Source of the DNA: Octopus bimaculoides | Lineage: Eukaryota | Length of the DNA: 64,000 nucleotides | Reading direction: 5' to 3' | NCBI RefSeq assembly: GCF_001194135.2 | Contig: NC_068991.1 | Coordinates: 74,265,466-74,329,465, forward strand | Shown: positions 1-11,740 of the stretch, piece after piece | Layout of the letters: each line of letters begins with the position of its first letter | Numbering within the stretch: the stretch's first letter is position 1 | Made by a program: the position numbers and the translations under genes | The notes under the pieces: model-generated | Told to the model about the DNA's origin: nothing | Database searches by the model: none | Seen by the model: the letters and a program-made list of their open reading frames with translations, nothing else

Positions 1-77
<77 letters not shown>

Positions 78-1777
78 ATACACACACACACACACACACA
101 CACATATAATTATAGTATATTCTGTGAAGAACGTAGTAGAGTACAGTTTAAAGCTCATCCACCTTCAGATTTCACCCTATGCTTTCCAGTAGTAGTCTTA
201 TACGCACTTCCAGGTTTACGTTTGGGCATCTGTTGTGTTTTTCATGGTTGGTTACACATGCGATTGGCCTTCCCTGGCCTTAAGATTCAACAAATCAGCA
301 GTGCAAAGAAATATAATGCCAATCCCTTTAAAACGGCAACCACTTCAAGAGTACCAGTATCACCATCCCACTACATCTACACACAGCAGTTTGCCAACGA
401 ACCCATAGCTACAACACAGCTTGATAAGCTCAGTGGCTACTACTAAATTCAAGCCAGGACAGAAAGGAGGTTCTTGAAGCCGAAGATTTTAAACTTACGT
501 AGACAATATTTACATATCACCTGAGGAAACACAACTACACCTCACAATGCAGGGAAACAGTTGCATAATCAAGTACCTGCACGCCTGGATAACTACGTTG
601 CGTGGAAACAATTGTAGTGATTAAAAAATAAATGTCCAACTGTACCCTTTCTTGTTGACCCCAATTTATACACACACATACACACGCTTATATATAAACA
701 TATAAATACATATATATATATATCATATCTATACATACATACGTACATGCACATTCATTCATACACGCACAAGTACACAGATATGCATACATATATATAT
801 GTACACGCACACGCACACAAAGAAAATACTTTTGCGATGAATGGACAACTTGTTGTTTGAACAGGTCAAACCTAAACAATGACTTCGTTCTAAATTTTGC
901 CTTTTTTTTTCTTGATTCCTGACACGATAACAAGTTAAGAAAACCAATCACTCTTTACTTCACTGACATTTTACATGAAGCCAGACGGAGTATGCTAGTA
1001 TTTCATTACTCCAACAACATCCCATAAGTATTTGACCTACTCTAACCTTGCTGATTATTCTAATTTTTGTCTTCGTTGTGTCTTTGTCAGAGAAAGGAAT
1101 GGCGGCTGCGCTCGTAACCGATTTTTTTTTAAGGGTTGCTGAGAATGTTGGGCTGGGAGAAATTATGACTCGTCTTATTTTTTTGTTTTTGGCTCTGAGA
1201 CCAGACCCGAGGTCGAAGACCAGGTCATAATGCTTGGAACTGAATGGTCTCTGCTGAAAGACACCCAATGTCCGGATAAAATGGTGGTGCTGGTGTTAAA
1301 CCAGTGTAAAGACTTTAAGCATAGAATGAGTCGGATGGGCGCTGCTGTTTTGTCACTTATAATTTGGCACGGCTGGCAGGTCATTTAGCCTGTTTTGGTG
1401 ATGGTGCATTTTAGTAAACAAGCTAACACATACATGAGCGCGGGCTGAAATATACACACATAAATACACAGAGAGAGAGAGGGGGAGAGAGAGAGAAAGG
1501 TGGGAGAGAGTGAAGGAGGGGAGAGAGAGAGGGAGAGAGAAAGGAGGAAGAGAGTGAAAGAGGGAAGAAAGAGAGACATTAAAATTTATTTACTGAACAC
1601 AATTGACATAAACATCTTCCCTCTTCTTACACATGTAGGGAAATCTACTCACACACATAAATACACACATACACACGCAGAGGGAGAGAGAGATAGGGAG
1701 GAGGGAGAGATAGGAAAGGAAAGAGTGTGGGAAAGAGGGAAGGGGAGAGAACGAGAGAGACGTTAAAACGAGGGAAA

Positions 1778-1997
1778 TATTCTTTTCTACTCAAGGCACA
1801 AGAACCAAAATTTTGTGGGGAGGGGGCCAGTCGATTAGATCGACCTCAGTACGCAACTGGTACTTAATTTATCGACCCCCGAAAGGATGAGAGGCAAAGT
1901 CGACCTCGGCGGAATTTGAACTTATAACGTAAAGACAGACGAAATACAGCTAAGCGTTTCGCTCGGCGTGCTAACGTTTCTACCAGCTCGCCGCCTT
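1778..1997 (-). mobile_element. SINE family A, near full length (tRNA-derived head GGCGGCGAGCTGGCAGAAACGTTAGC...)
   Basis: Its reverse complement closely matches the copies at 50820 and 35144. It has a B-box-like AGTTCAAATTCC and an A-rich 3' end. Confidence 0.85.
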
Positions 1998-2190
1998 AAA
2001 CGAGAGAAATGTCAAAGAAGTCAGCGTCGAATCACCGACGCCAAATAAGTGGCGCCAAAACGGTTATGCCACAACGTCCTATATCATTTCAAAGTAATCC
2101 CGTTTATTCCACCATCTCAAGACACATTCTGATAATCTGAAATCAATTTTATATTTCCCGATTCAATGTGGAAAACCGAACTTGATTATG

Positions 2191-2247
<57 letters not shown>

Positions 2248-2318
2248 AACAACAACGCGAGGACATGGAATAAGTACAATGTTATTGGACGCTAAGAAAA
2301 GGAAAGAAAAGGAAGAGG

Positions 2319-2353
2319 ATTTCACGTTTCGAGCGGAGCTCTTCATCAGAAAT
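2319..2353 (-). ncRNA. Minimal type I hammerhead ribozyme motif (Penelope-like element type), probably inactive
   Basis: Minus strand reads ATTT-CTGATGA-A-GAGC(TCC)GCTC-GAAAC-GTG-AAAT. This gives the catalytic core, a 4-bp stem II, a 4-bp stem I and palindromic ACGT. The cleavage triplet is GUG, which breaks the NUH rule. Confidence 0.65.
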
Positions 2354-2356
2354 ATA

Positions 2357-2410
<54 letters not shown>

Positions 2411-2686
2411 TAATGAAAATGATAGAATACGAATATCTGGTATATAACATTATTGACTTGCCAGAATTCTTCGCAAAATTCAAAGGAACCAATTTTTAAT
2501 TCCAAAGAGATGCTGTTAATCTCATTCAAAAGAAATGGTAAATGAATTACTTTCATATTCCTGTCTCGGTTATCGTTATTTGAATAACACATCATCGCAT
2601 TTTTGCGTTTCCTAACAATTCCTCGTCTCTTCCTTCTGTGTTTGAAAGCGACTCACAATAATTACATTCCGTTGCATTGGGATTAG

Positions 2687-3198
2687 AGAGATGCGCAGCG
2701 CTCTGCATATAGACGTGTTCAGTATTGTGCACATACGGAGACACAACATTATGTATACGGATATGTGCAGTATGGGAAATGCAAAGGTGTGTGTCATTGT
2801 GCATGTAGCGATGTGCAGCGATGTGCAGCGCTGTGCATGCAGAGATGTACATCATTGTGCATACGTAGATATATAGTAGTGTGCATACAGAGAGCCCAAG
2901 CACTCTGCATACCGCGATGTATAACAGTGTGCATATAGAGACTTGGAGTATTGTGCATATAGAGATGTGCATCATTATGCATACATAAATGTGCAGCATC
3001 ATGCATAAAGAAATGTTCAGCGTTGTATATACAGAGATGTACAGCATGGTGCATAAAGAGATGTGTAGCATTGTTCAAACATAGATGTGCACTGTTTGTG
3101 CATAAAGAGATGTGCAGCACTGGGCATACAAAGAGGCACGGTATCGAGCATGCAGAGACTTGCAGTACAGTGCATATAGAGATATGCACCATCGTGCA
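2687..3198. repeat. Degenerate 24-bp minisatellite, about 21 units, consensus AGAGATGTGCAGCATTGTGCATAT
   Basis: Unit starts at 2841, 2865, 2889, 2913, 2937, 2961, 2985, 3009, 3033, 3057 and 3081 are exactly 24 bp apart. There is a 1-bp indel near 3105 and a 10-bp duplication at 2807-2826. Confidence 0.9.
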
Positions 3199-3616
3199 GT
3201 TGTTATCGGCATTTAACAACTGTATTGTTAAAGGCCGATGCAGTTGTTTAACGATTAAGGATTGCTAAATGGTTATCTACTTAAGAAAATGATGTGGTGG
3301 TCAAGAGTGGAGCGTTTTCCATCATAGGCATGCTCGATGATTCTCTGCACATAGGAAAGTCACATGACAGCTGGATTGTCTTTTATTATGAGGAAACTCT
3401 ATCAGGTTGCATGGCCTCTGAGCAGGGATCGCCAAGCTTTTGACAAAATTTAATGCAGATTCATGATCAATGCGACGATCACACGCTACACATGTTCTTT
3501 CCAAACACTGCTGTAAGTAGCGGAAATGAGCTAGAACGTTAAAACTTAGTGCGCATGCACAGTAGAGTTCAAAGTCAATCTGTGCTAAGCAGCTTCACTC
3601 TGTGTGCTTTAGTTTC

Positions 3617-3630
3617 GTTACTATGGCAAC
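3617..3630. promoter_or_regulatory. RFX X-box motif GTTACTATGGCAAC
   Basis: Matches the X-box consensus GTHNYY-AT-RRNAAC. It lies in unique sequence near an NRF1-like GCGCATGCAC and an ETS-like CGGAAAT. Confidence 0.45.
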
Positions 3631-4166
3631 AGTCCGGGTACTTATTGATCAGACCACGTATAGTTGAAAATGGGAAAGAATGTTGAATTATACGAGACTA
3701 CGGTTACAGGATTATGCTATGCAATTATGCTAATTGTAATTGTTAATTTTGTTAGCTCTTACTGTTAATTATGTTAGCCTCAAATATTAGTTATATTAGT
3801 TACTTTGCTAATTATCTAAGCTATTATTGTTTGTAAAAGATTAGTTAGTATGACTAATTAGAGGAACGTTAATTATCGATAGTGATTAAGTGCCGTTGTA
3901 ACCCGTACCTGACCAATTACAGCTTGATATAAGCAAAAGAGAAAGCTTTAGTAAAGACATGTCTAAATTTGGAAGCGGATATGTCATATGACAAGTAACA
4001 CGTGATTATAGCAATAACCATGAGATGTTTGTTATATTTTACTGAAATCATCAAACTACCATGTTTTTTTTTTGTGCGCTGGCTGCAAATCTGATGTAGG
4101 CGAGGAGAAACTGGGAAGCATATATGTCACATGACAGGTGACACGTGGTTGCAGTAAGAACCATAT

Positions 4167-4384
4167 ACTCTTTTACTCTTTTACTTGTTTCAGTCATTTG
4201 ACTGCGGCCATGCTGGAGCACCGCCTTTAGTCGAGCAAATCGACCACAGGACTTATTCTTTGTAAGCCTAGTACTTATTATATCGGTCTCTTCTGCCGAA
4301 CTGCTAAGTTACGGGGACGTAAACACACCAGCATCGGTTGACAAGCAATGTTGGGGGGACAAACACAGATACACAAACACACAC

Positions 4385-4418
<34 letters not shown>

Positions 4419-4575
4419 GACAGGCTTCTTTCAGTTTCCGTCTACCAAATCCACTCACAAGGCTTTGGTCGGCCCGAGGCTATAGAAAAAGACACTTGCC
4501 CAAGGTGCCACGCAGTGGGACTGAGCCCGGAACCATGTGGTTGGTAAGAAAGCTGCTTACCACACAGCCACTCCT
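4167..4575 (-). mobile_element. SINE family B, full length, with internal (TA)n/(TG)n microsatellite
   Basis: The tRNA-like head on the minus strand has TGGCTGTGTGG (A box) and GGGCTCAGTCCC (B-box variant). It is followed by GCACCTTGGGCAAGT (resembles the start of the CORE domain) and an (AAAAGAGT)n tail. Homologous to 32278-32688. Confidence 0.9.
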
Positions 4576-4930
4576 AATGAAACGTATTTTAAATTCATCA
4601 AGCTTACATGAATCGGACATTAGTGTATTTTTTGTGCACTGGTTGCAAAGTGAATGTGCGCGCGCACATACGCACAATTTAGAATGTACAATGGAAAGGT
4701 CCCAACCAAACGCATTTAATATAGTCTGTAGCAGCGTAGAAGTATCATGTAGAATTGTAGTGAAGTGTATTTAGTGTAGTGCATTGTTGTAAACCCAGAA
4801 ACTAATTCTGATTCTCTCTCAGCAAAATCAAATGGAGCCCGATGAGTCTCTACGATTATATATAGTGTATTGATATAGTGTAGTGCTGTGAGCTGTTATA
4901 AGCGTAGAGTAGATTAATATTCTAGGAATA

Positions 4931-5168
4931 CAGTAATTCCTCGCCATGTCGTGGTTCACCTATCGCGTACTCAGTACATTGCGGTTCACTTATCGCGCAC
5001 TCAGTACATCGCGGTTTTTTTCTGGCTAATATATGTAAATTTATATCACGGACTTCTCAGTATATCGCGGGTTTCTGCGGCCGATAGGTATTTATATTTT
5101 ACTTAGATTTTAATTATTTCTGTGAAAGGTTTTGGAACATAACCCCCGCGGAAGTCGAGGGATTACTG
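4931..5168. mobile_element. Tc1/pogo (Tigger-like) MITE
   Basis: TIRs are CAGTAATTCCTCG and CGAGGGATTACTG, each flanked by TA (4929-30, 5169-70). There is an internal 30-bp tandem duplication and no ORF. Confidence 0.8.
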
Positions 5169-5287
5169 TATAGTTTATTGTGATGCAATGTAAGATTCAC
5201 GCTAACTCGTATTGATGTATAGTGCAACATTGGCATTTATAAGATGGTAAACACACACATTGGTGCACAAACGCACAAAATCACACA

Positions 5288-5333
<46 letters not shown>

Positions 5334-5362
5334 CACACTTCATACTGTATAAATATATTTTT

Positions 5363-5743
5363 GTGTCTAGGGAGGGTCATTATACCAACATAACTAACAC
5401 ACGCACTGGTTCAATTCCACTCCTTTATCATTAGCCAATTGGTTAAATATCCAACCAGCTAATCGATTGTTTAATTTGTTTTGTTTCTGTTTGGCAAAGT
5501 TCTTTCGTTGCTACTTGCAACCTTTTCAATGACTATTTGACTTAGTCCCTAAGACTCCCTAAGTCAATAGTTATTGAAAAGGTTACTAGTAGTAACGAAA
5601 GAACTTTGCCAAACAAAAACAAAACAAATTAAACAATCGATCAGCTATTTGGATATTCAACTAATTGGCTAATAATGAAGGAGCGAAATTGAATCAGGGT
5701 GTGTGTTAATTATGCTGGTATAATGATGGCTCTCCTTAGACAC
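5363..5743. mobile_element. About 380-bp foldback (near-complete palindrome), MITE-like
   Basis: The left arm GTGTCTAGGGAG...TGACTTAG is the reverse complement of the right arm CTAAGTCA...CTCCTTAGACAC, with scattered mismatches around a ~13-nt centre. The right end and its flank recur in diverged form at about 26870-26995. Confidence 0.8.
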
Positions 5744-6073
5744 GACAAAATTTGTTTCAACACACGAATTCGCATAAAGAATTTTGCAAACCAAATACAA
5801 AAACAATATATATATATATATANNNNNNNNNNNNNNNNNNNNNNNNNNNNNNNNNNNNNNNNNNNNNNNNNNNNNNNNNNNNNNNNNNNNNNNNNNNNNN
5901 NNNNNNNNNNNNNNNNNNNNNNNNNNNNNNNNNNNNNNNNNACATACATACATATGTATAAATAAAGACATAGAGACTTATAAAACTCAACTGTAAACTT
6001 GCTCTTACTCCATTGGTGAGAAATTCGAAGATAACAAAAAACAAAAGACAGCAGGCATATCTATCTATCTATC

Positions 6074-6110
<37 letters not shown>

Positions 6111-6531
6111 ATATATATATATATATATATATATCTGTAGCTGTCGGTCTGCGTTCTCTCCCCGCTCGCTCTCTCTTTCTCTCTCTTTCACTGTATATAT
6201 AATTACATGACTAGTGACTAAAAACAAAGACGAAACGACATGTAAGTCAAACAGCTGCACAGAGAAAACTGCATAAGGAGGACATTGAGGTGTTTGAAAC
6301 CAGACAAGAAATAAATAAAGAGATAAATGTAAAAAAAATATAGAATTTTAAAAAAGAGAAGAAGAAAGCCAATGTTCTTAGCCTTAATTTTCTTCCAGAA
6401 CATTCTTGTTAAGTGAAAAAATACCAGAGAAAACAGCAAAGTTGCTTAAAATAACATACAGAAAGTAAAATGCTGATATTGTAAGGAAATATTACATAAA
6501 ATTTAATACAAATTACGTCTAGATTTAATTT

Positions 6532-6870
6532 TAGTGGTTTGGCAAATCGTTAGAACATCGGACAAAATGCTTTGGGGTATCTGCTCCAGTTCTTTATATT
6601 TTGAGTCCAAATGACGCCGAGGTCACGTTTGGTTGATAAAGTAAAATGCCAGTTAAATACTAGCATCGATCATATCGATTACCACCTCTCTTGAAAATTG
6701 TTGGCTTTGTGCTTAAATTAGAAAGCAATGCTAGAATTAAATTTATAGAATCGTTAGAGCGTTAAGTATAATAATACCTTACGGTATTATGTTCTTGCTT
6801 CTGAGTTTAAATCACGCCGAGGTCAGCTTTGACTTTCTTGCCTCCGAGGTTGATAAAAAGAAAGCAGTTG
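6532..6870 (+). mobile_element. Two diverged head-to-tail SINE family A copies
   Basis: Each shows TGGCAAATCGTTAG- or ATCGTTAG-type heads and GCCGAGGTCA segments homologous to family A. Confidence 0.6.
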
Positions 6871-7242
6871 TCAGGAGGTGTTTAGTATAGACTTGCAAGT
6901 TTTTTTCATACTTAATAATAACAGGACATTTTCGGGGATATACCTAGACAAGGACGCTGAAGCTATAGTGATGAGGCAGCAGTAAATGATAGAATGCCTA
7001 GCTGTTATGCTTGTGGAAGCAAGCGTCATCTGAGAGTTTTTTTCACTGAAAGATTGGAAAAACAAATAACAAAACAACGAGATTGAATATATTTTCCCTT
7101 AGTAGAAAAATTAAGAATGGTTCATTATCGAGGTTAATTTTGGCCTTCATGCCACCAGGGTCAATAAAATAAATTACCCATCAAACACACAGACAATACA
7201 ATCAATTGTTCTCCACCAGAAGATGTCAGGCCTTGTACCTAT

Positions 7243-7390
7243 ATTTCTTTCTACTCTAGGCACAAGGCTCGAAATGTTTGGGGAGAGGGCCAGTCTATTA
7301 GATCGACTCCAGTACACAACTGGCACTTAATGAAAGGCAAAGTCGACCTCGGCGGAATTTGAACTCAGAACATAAAAACAGACGAAATAC
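7243..7390 (-). mobile_element. SINE family A, 3' two-thirds
   Basis: TTTCTACTCTAGGCACAAGG...GGCAAAGTCGACCTCGGCGGAATTTGAACTCAGAAC matches 1778-1997. Confidence 0.8.
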
Positions 7391-7875
7391 TGGGTTTAGT
7401 TATATTTATTTAAATTCGGGGGTTCAAATTCTGCCGAGATGTTCTTTACCGTTTTCTTTTTTTTCCCACCAGGACCTAGGAACCATGTAAAGGAAGAAAA
7501 AAAAAGAAGGTAAAAACAAAACAAGTACCAGTCAGTTACTGGAGCCTATTTTATCGGTTGTGCAGCTAATTGCACACAACTGCATGACCTTATGCCAATG
7601 TTAGAAATTGCTGCTATTATTAATGGTGCAGTCGAGGTACTACTACTACTACTACTACTTACTAGTAGTAGTAGTTGTTGTTATTGTTGTTGCTCTTCTT
7701 CTTCTTCTTCTTCTTCTTCTTCTTCTTCTTCTTCTTCTTCTTCTTCTTTGTGTCTTCTTCTTTGTGTCTTCTTTCCACTATTCCTAATTCTAATGAAAGT
7801 AGTGTAACATCCTGCCATCATGTGCCTGCATTCCACAATTCCAGCTTCTCTCTAACATTGCTCTCTCTTTCTTTT

Positions 7876-7920
<45 letters not shown>

Positions 7921-8320
7921 TTCTCTTTCTCTCTCTCTCTCTGACGATTGAAAGTTTGTCTTTCCGCTTTTAGAACTGCAGATCATGCCTGCCCCGACGA
8001 CGTGACATTCAGCAGTTTGTAGTCAACACTGCACCAGGTTTCCGTTATGCCGAGACAAAAGAGCAACGCCGCTCTACGTGACTCTGTACCAATTGTTAGC
8101 TGGTCACGGCTCAAATGGACACCGTTTTTATATTACATACATTTCTGTTACGTCCAACACGTTGCGCACACTGCTTGCAATTAACTGTATGGATACAAGC
8201 CAAAAACGTCTACGTGTTAGCTGAACCTGCAAGAAATAGCACCCAAATATCCCTCGTATTCTACTATCATGAACAAAGAGAGGACACATTGGTTAATGTG
8301 GTCCTCGATACGGTTTTCTG

Positions 8321-8573
8321 TTGGCACTCCGTCGCTTACGACGTCGAGGGTTCCAGTTGATCCGATCAACGGAACAGCCTGCTCATGAAAATTAACGTGC
8401 AAGTGGCTGAGCACTCCACAGACACGTGTACCCTTAATGTAGTTCTCGAGGGAGATTCAGCGTGACACAGAGTGTGACAAGGCTGACCCTTTGAATTACA
8501 GGCACAACAGAAACAGGAAGTAAGAGTGAGCGAAAGTTGTGGTGAAAGAGTACAGCAGGGTTCGCCACCATCC
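8321..8573 (-). mobile_element. SINE family C, 3' part (5' end lost in N-gap)
   Basis: Near identical to 57110-57365 and to the reverse complement of 63330-63588. Confidence 0.9.
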
Positions 8574-9389
8574 NNNNNNNNNNNNNNNNNNNNNNNNNNN
8601 NNNNNNNNNNNNNNNNNNNNNNNNNNNNNNNNNNNNNNNNNNNNNNNNNNNNNNNNNNNNNNNNNNNNNNNNNNNNNNNNNNNNNNNNNNNNNNNNNNNN
8701 NNNNNNNNNNNNNNNNNNNNNNNNNNNNNNNNNNNNNNNNNNNNNNNNNNNNNNNNNNNNNNNNNNNNNNNNNNNNNNNNNNNNNNNNNNNNNNNNNNNN
8801 NNNNNNNNNNNNNNNNNNNNNNNNNNNNNNNNNNNNNNNNNNNNNNNNNNNNNNNNNNNNNNNNNNNNNNNNNNNNNNNNNNNNNNNNNNNNNNNNNNNN
8901 NNNNNNNNNNNNNNNNNNNNNNNNNNNNNNNNNNNNNNNNNNNNNNNNNNNNNNNNNNNNNNNNNNNNNNNNNNNNNNNNNNNNNNNNNNNNNNNNNNNN
9001 NNNNNNNNNNNNNNNNNNNNNNNNNNNNNNNNNNNNNNNNNNNNNNNNNNNNNNNNNNNNNNNNNNNNNNNNNNNNNNNNNNNNNNNNNNNNNNNNNNNN
9101 NNNNNNNNNNNNNNNNNNNNNNNNNNNNNNNNNNNNNNNNNNNNNNNNNNNNNNNNNNNNNNNNNNNNNNNNNNNNNNNNNNNNNNNNNNNNNNNNNNNN
9201 NNNNNNNNNNNNNNNNNNNNNNNNNNNNNNNNNNNNNNNNNNNNNNNNNNNNNNNNNNNNNNNNNNNNNNNNNNNNNNNNNNNNNNNNNNNNNNNNNNNN
9301 NNNNNNNNNNNNNNNNNNNNNNNNNNNNNNNNNNNNNNNNNNNNNNNNNNNNNNNNNNNNNNNNNNNNNNNNNNNNNNNNNNNNNNNNN

Positions 9390-9560
9390 ACACATACGAC
9401 GGGCATCTTTCAGTTTCCGTCTACCAAATCCACTCACAAGGTTTTGGTCGGCCCGAGGCTATAGTAGAAGACAATTTCCCAAGGTGCCACGCAGTGGGAC
9501 TGAACTCGGAACCATGTGGTTGTTAAGCAAGCTACTTATCGCACAGCCACTCCTACGCCT
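9390..9560 (-). mobile_element. SINE family B, 5' half
   Basis: Homologous to 4420-4575, including CCCAAGGTGCCACGCAGTGGGACTGAAC. Confidence 0.85.
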
Positions 9561-10369
9561 ATGTCTACTGTCTAAAAAAAAACAAAAAACAACAGAAAAG
9601 CAACAAAACAGATGGGATGGTCACTGTTGGAATAAATGTGATCAAAAGCTAGATGGATCAAAGCTGGTTTGCTTATATATTTTGATCATACTTGTTCTGA
9701 CTCTACGTTCTTAGTTCAAATCCCACAGAGGTTAACTGAGGGCCAGGGTCAGTAAAATTAAGTATCAGGTGCTGAGGGCTATATAACCGACCCCTTAAAA
9801 TTGCTGGCCCTTGTTCCTAAATTAGAAACAATTATTTTGATCGAGGTTATTGTGGCGATGTTATTGATGTTGACTTTAGCCATAGGTCAGGTTCTTTCAG
9901 ACAGATCTGTGATCAAAGACATTACAGCCGTGACCTATCTCGTCCTTTTTTTCTTCTTATGTGTAGTGAACGCAAAACCACATTAAGCCACATGCTCTTT
10001 TCTAAAAGGCTAGAGTGTGCTTTAAGAGAAATTTGGCTGCTATTTCTGGTCGGTCGATCGACGCGTTGAGGCTTTCACGCCGGTTTGAACGGCAACCATG
10101 CTGTCATCGTTGTCGTCATCGTCGTCGTTAATATTTTTCTCGATTAGTAGCAAGTGGAGGTGATGGAGGTGGTGATATTAGTAGTAGTAGTAGTAGTTTT
10201 AGTGGTATTGGTGATGTAGCTAGTAGAAATAGTAGTAGTAGTCGTAGTAGTAATAGTGATGGTGGTGGTGGTAGAAGTAGTGGTGTTGTTGGTAGTGGTA
10301 GTAGTGGTTGTAGTGGTGTTGGTAGTAGTAATAATAGTTAAGGTGGTGGTGGTGGTAGTGGGGGACCGA

Positions 10370-11666
10370 GGACTTCTTAGAAAAGTCCGAGGTGGAGGAA
10401 AGAGGGGATTATCTGGAAAATTTCCAGGATGGGAAGTTGAGGGGTAGGAAGGGGAAGAAGGGGAGGAAGGACTTCTTGGAAAATCCGAGGGGAAGAATGG
10501 AGACTTTCTGGAAAGTCCAAGGAAGGGGAGCTGAGGGGAAGGAAGGGGATGAAGGACTTCCTGGAAAAGCCCGAGGAGGGTATGGGGGCTTCCTGGAAAA
10601 GTATGAGGAGGGAGGATGGGGACTTCCTTCAAAAGTCCAAGTAGTATTAGCAGCAGCAGCAGCAGCAGNNNNNNNNNNNNNNNNNNNNNNNNNNNNNNNN
10701 NNNNNNNNNNNNNNNNNNNNNNNNNNNNNNNNNNNNNNNNNNNNNNNNNNNNNNNNNNNNNNNNNNNNNNNNNNNNNNNNNNNNNNNNNNNNNNNNNNNN
10801 NNNNNNNNNNNNNNNNNNNNNNNNNNNNNNNNNNNNNNNNNNNNNNNNNNNNNNNNNNNNNNNNNNNNNNNNNNNNNNNNNNNNNNNNNNNNNNNNNNNN
10901 NNNNNNNNNNNNNNNNNNNNNNNNNNNNNNNNNNNNNNNNNNNNNNNNNNNNNNNNNNNNNNNNNNNNNNNNNNNNNNNNNNNNNNNNNNNNNNNNNNNN
11001 NNNNNNNNNNNNNNNNNNNNNNNNNNNNNNNNNNNNNNNNNNNNNNNNNNNNNNNNNNNNNNNNNNNNNNNNNNNNNNNNNNNNNNNNNNNNNNNNNNNN
11101 NNNNNNNNNNNNNNNNNNNNNNNNNNNNNNNNNNNNNNNNNNNNNNNNNNNNNNNNNNNNNNNNNNNNNNNNNNNNNNNNNNNNNNNNNNNNNNNNNNNN
11201 NNNNNNNNNNNNNNNNNNNNNNNNNNNNNNNNNNNNNNNNNNNNNNNNNNNNNNNNNNNNNNNNNNNNNNNNNNNNNNNNNNNNNNNNNNNNNNNNNNNN
11301 NNNNNNNNNNNNNNNNNNNNNNNNNNNNNNNNNNNNNNNNNNNNNNNNNNNNNNNNNNNNNNNNNNNNNNNNNNNNNNNNNNNNNNNNNNNNNNNNNNNN
11401 NNNNNNNNNNNNNNNNNNNNNNNNNNNNAAGGGGGGAGCTGAGATGCGGAAAATATTCCTGGAAAAGTCCATAGAGTGTGAGTTGAAGGGGAGGAAGGAC
11501 TTCTTGGAAAATCCGAGGGGAAGAATGGAGACTTTCTGGAAAGTCCAAGGAAGGGGAGCTGAGGGGAAGGAAGGGGATGAAGGACTTCCTGGAAAAGCCC
11601 GAGGAGGGTATGGGGGCTTCCTGGAAAAGTATGAGGAGGGAGGATGGGGACTTCCTTCAAAAGTCC
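10370..11666. repeat. Array of 19-bp imperfect palindromes (consensus GGACTTCCTGGAAAAGTCC) in a G/A-rich matrix, split by an N-gap
   Basis: Seven units lie at 10370-10638 and six at about 11450-11666. About 200 bp of the two blocks is identical at offset 1028. Confidence 0.85.
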
Positions 11667-11676
11667 AAGTAGTATT

Positions 11677-11740
<64 letters not shown>

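Noticed and set aside
1190-1268. YDLVFDLGSG, resembling a SAM-binding motif I
   Set aside because: A single short motif with no supporting splice structure or further methyltransferase motifs.
10370-10638. CRISPR-like repeat-spacer appearance
   Set aside because: The DNA is eukaryotic, the repeats are only 19 bp and variable, the spacers are low-complexity and related to each other, and there are no cas genes.
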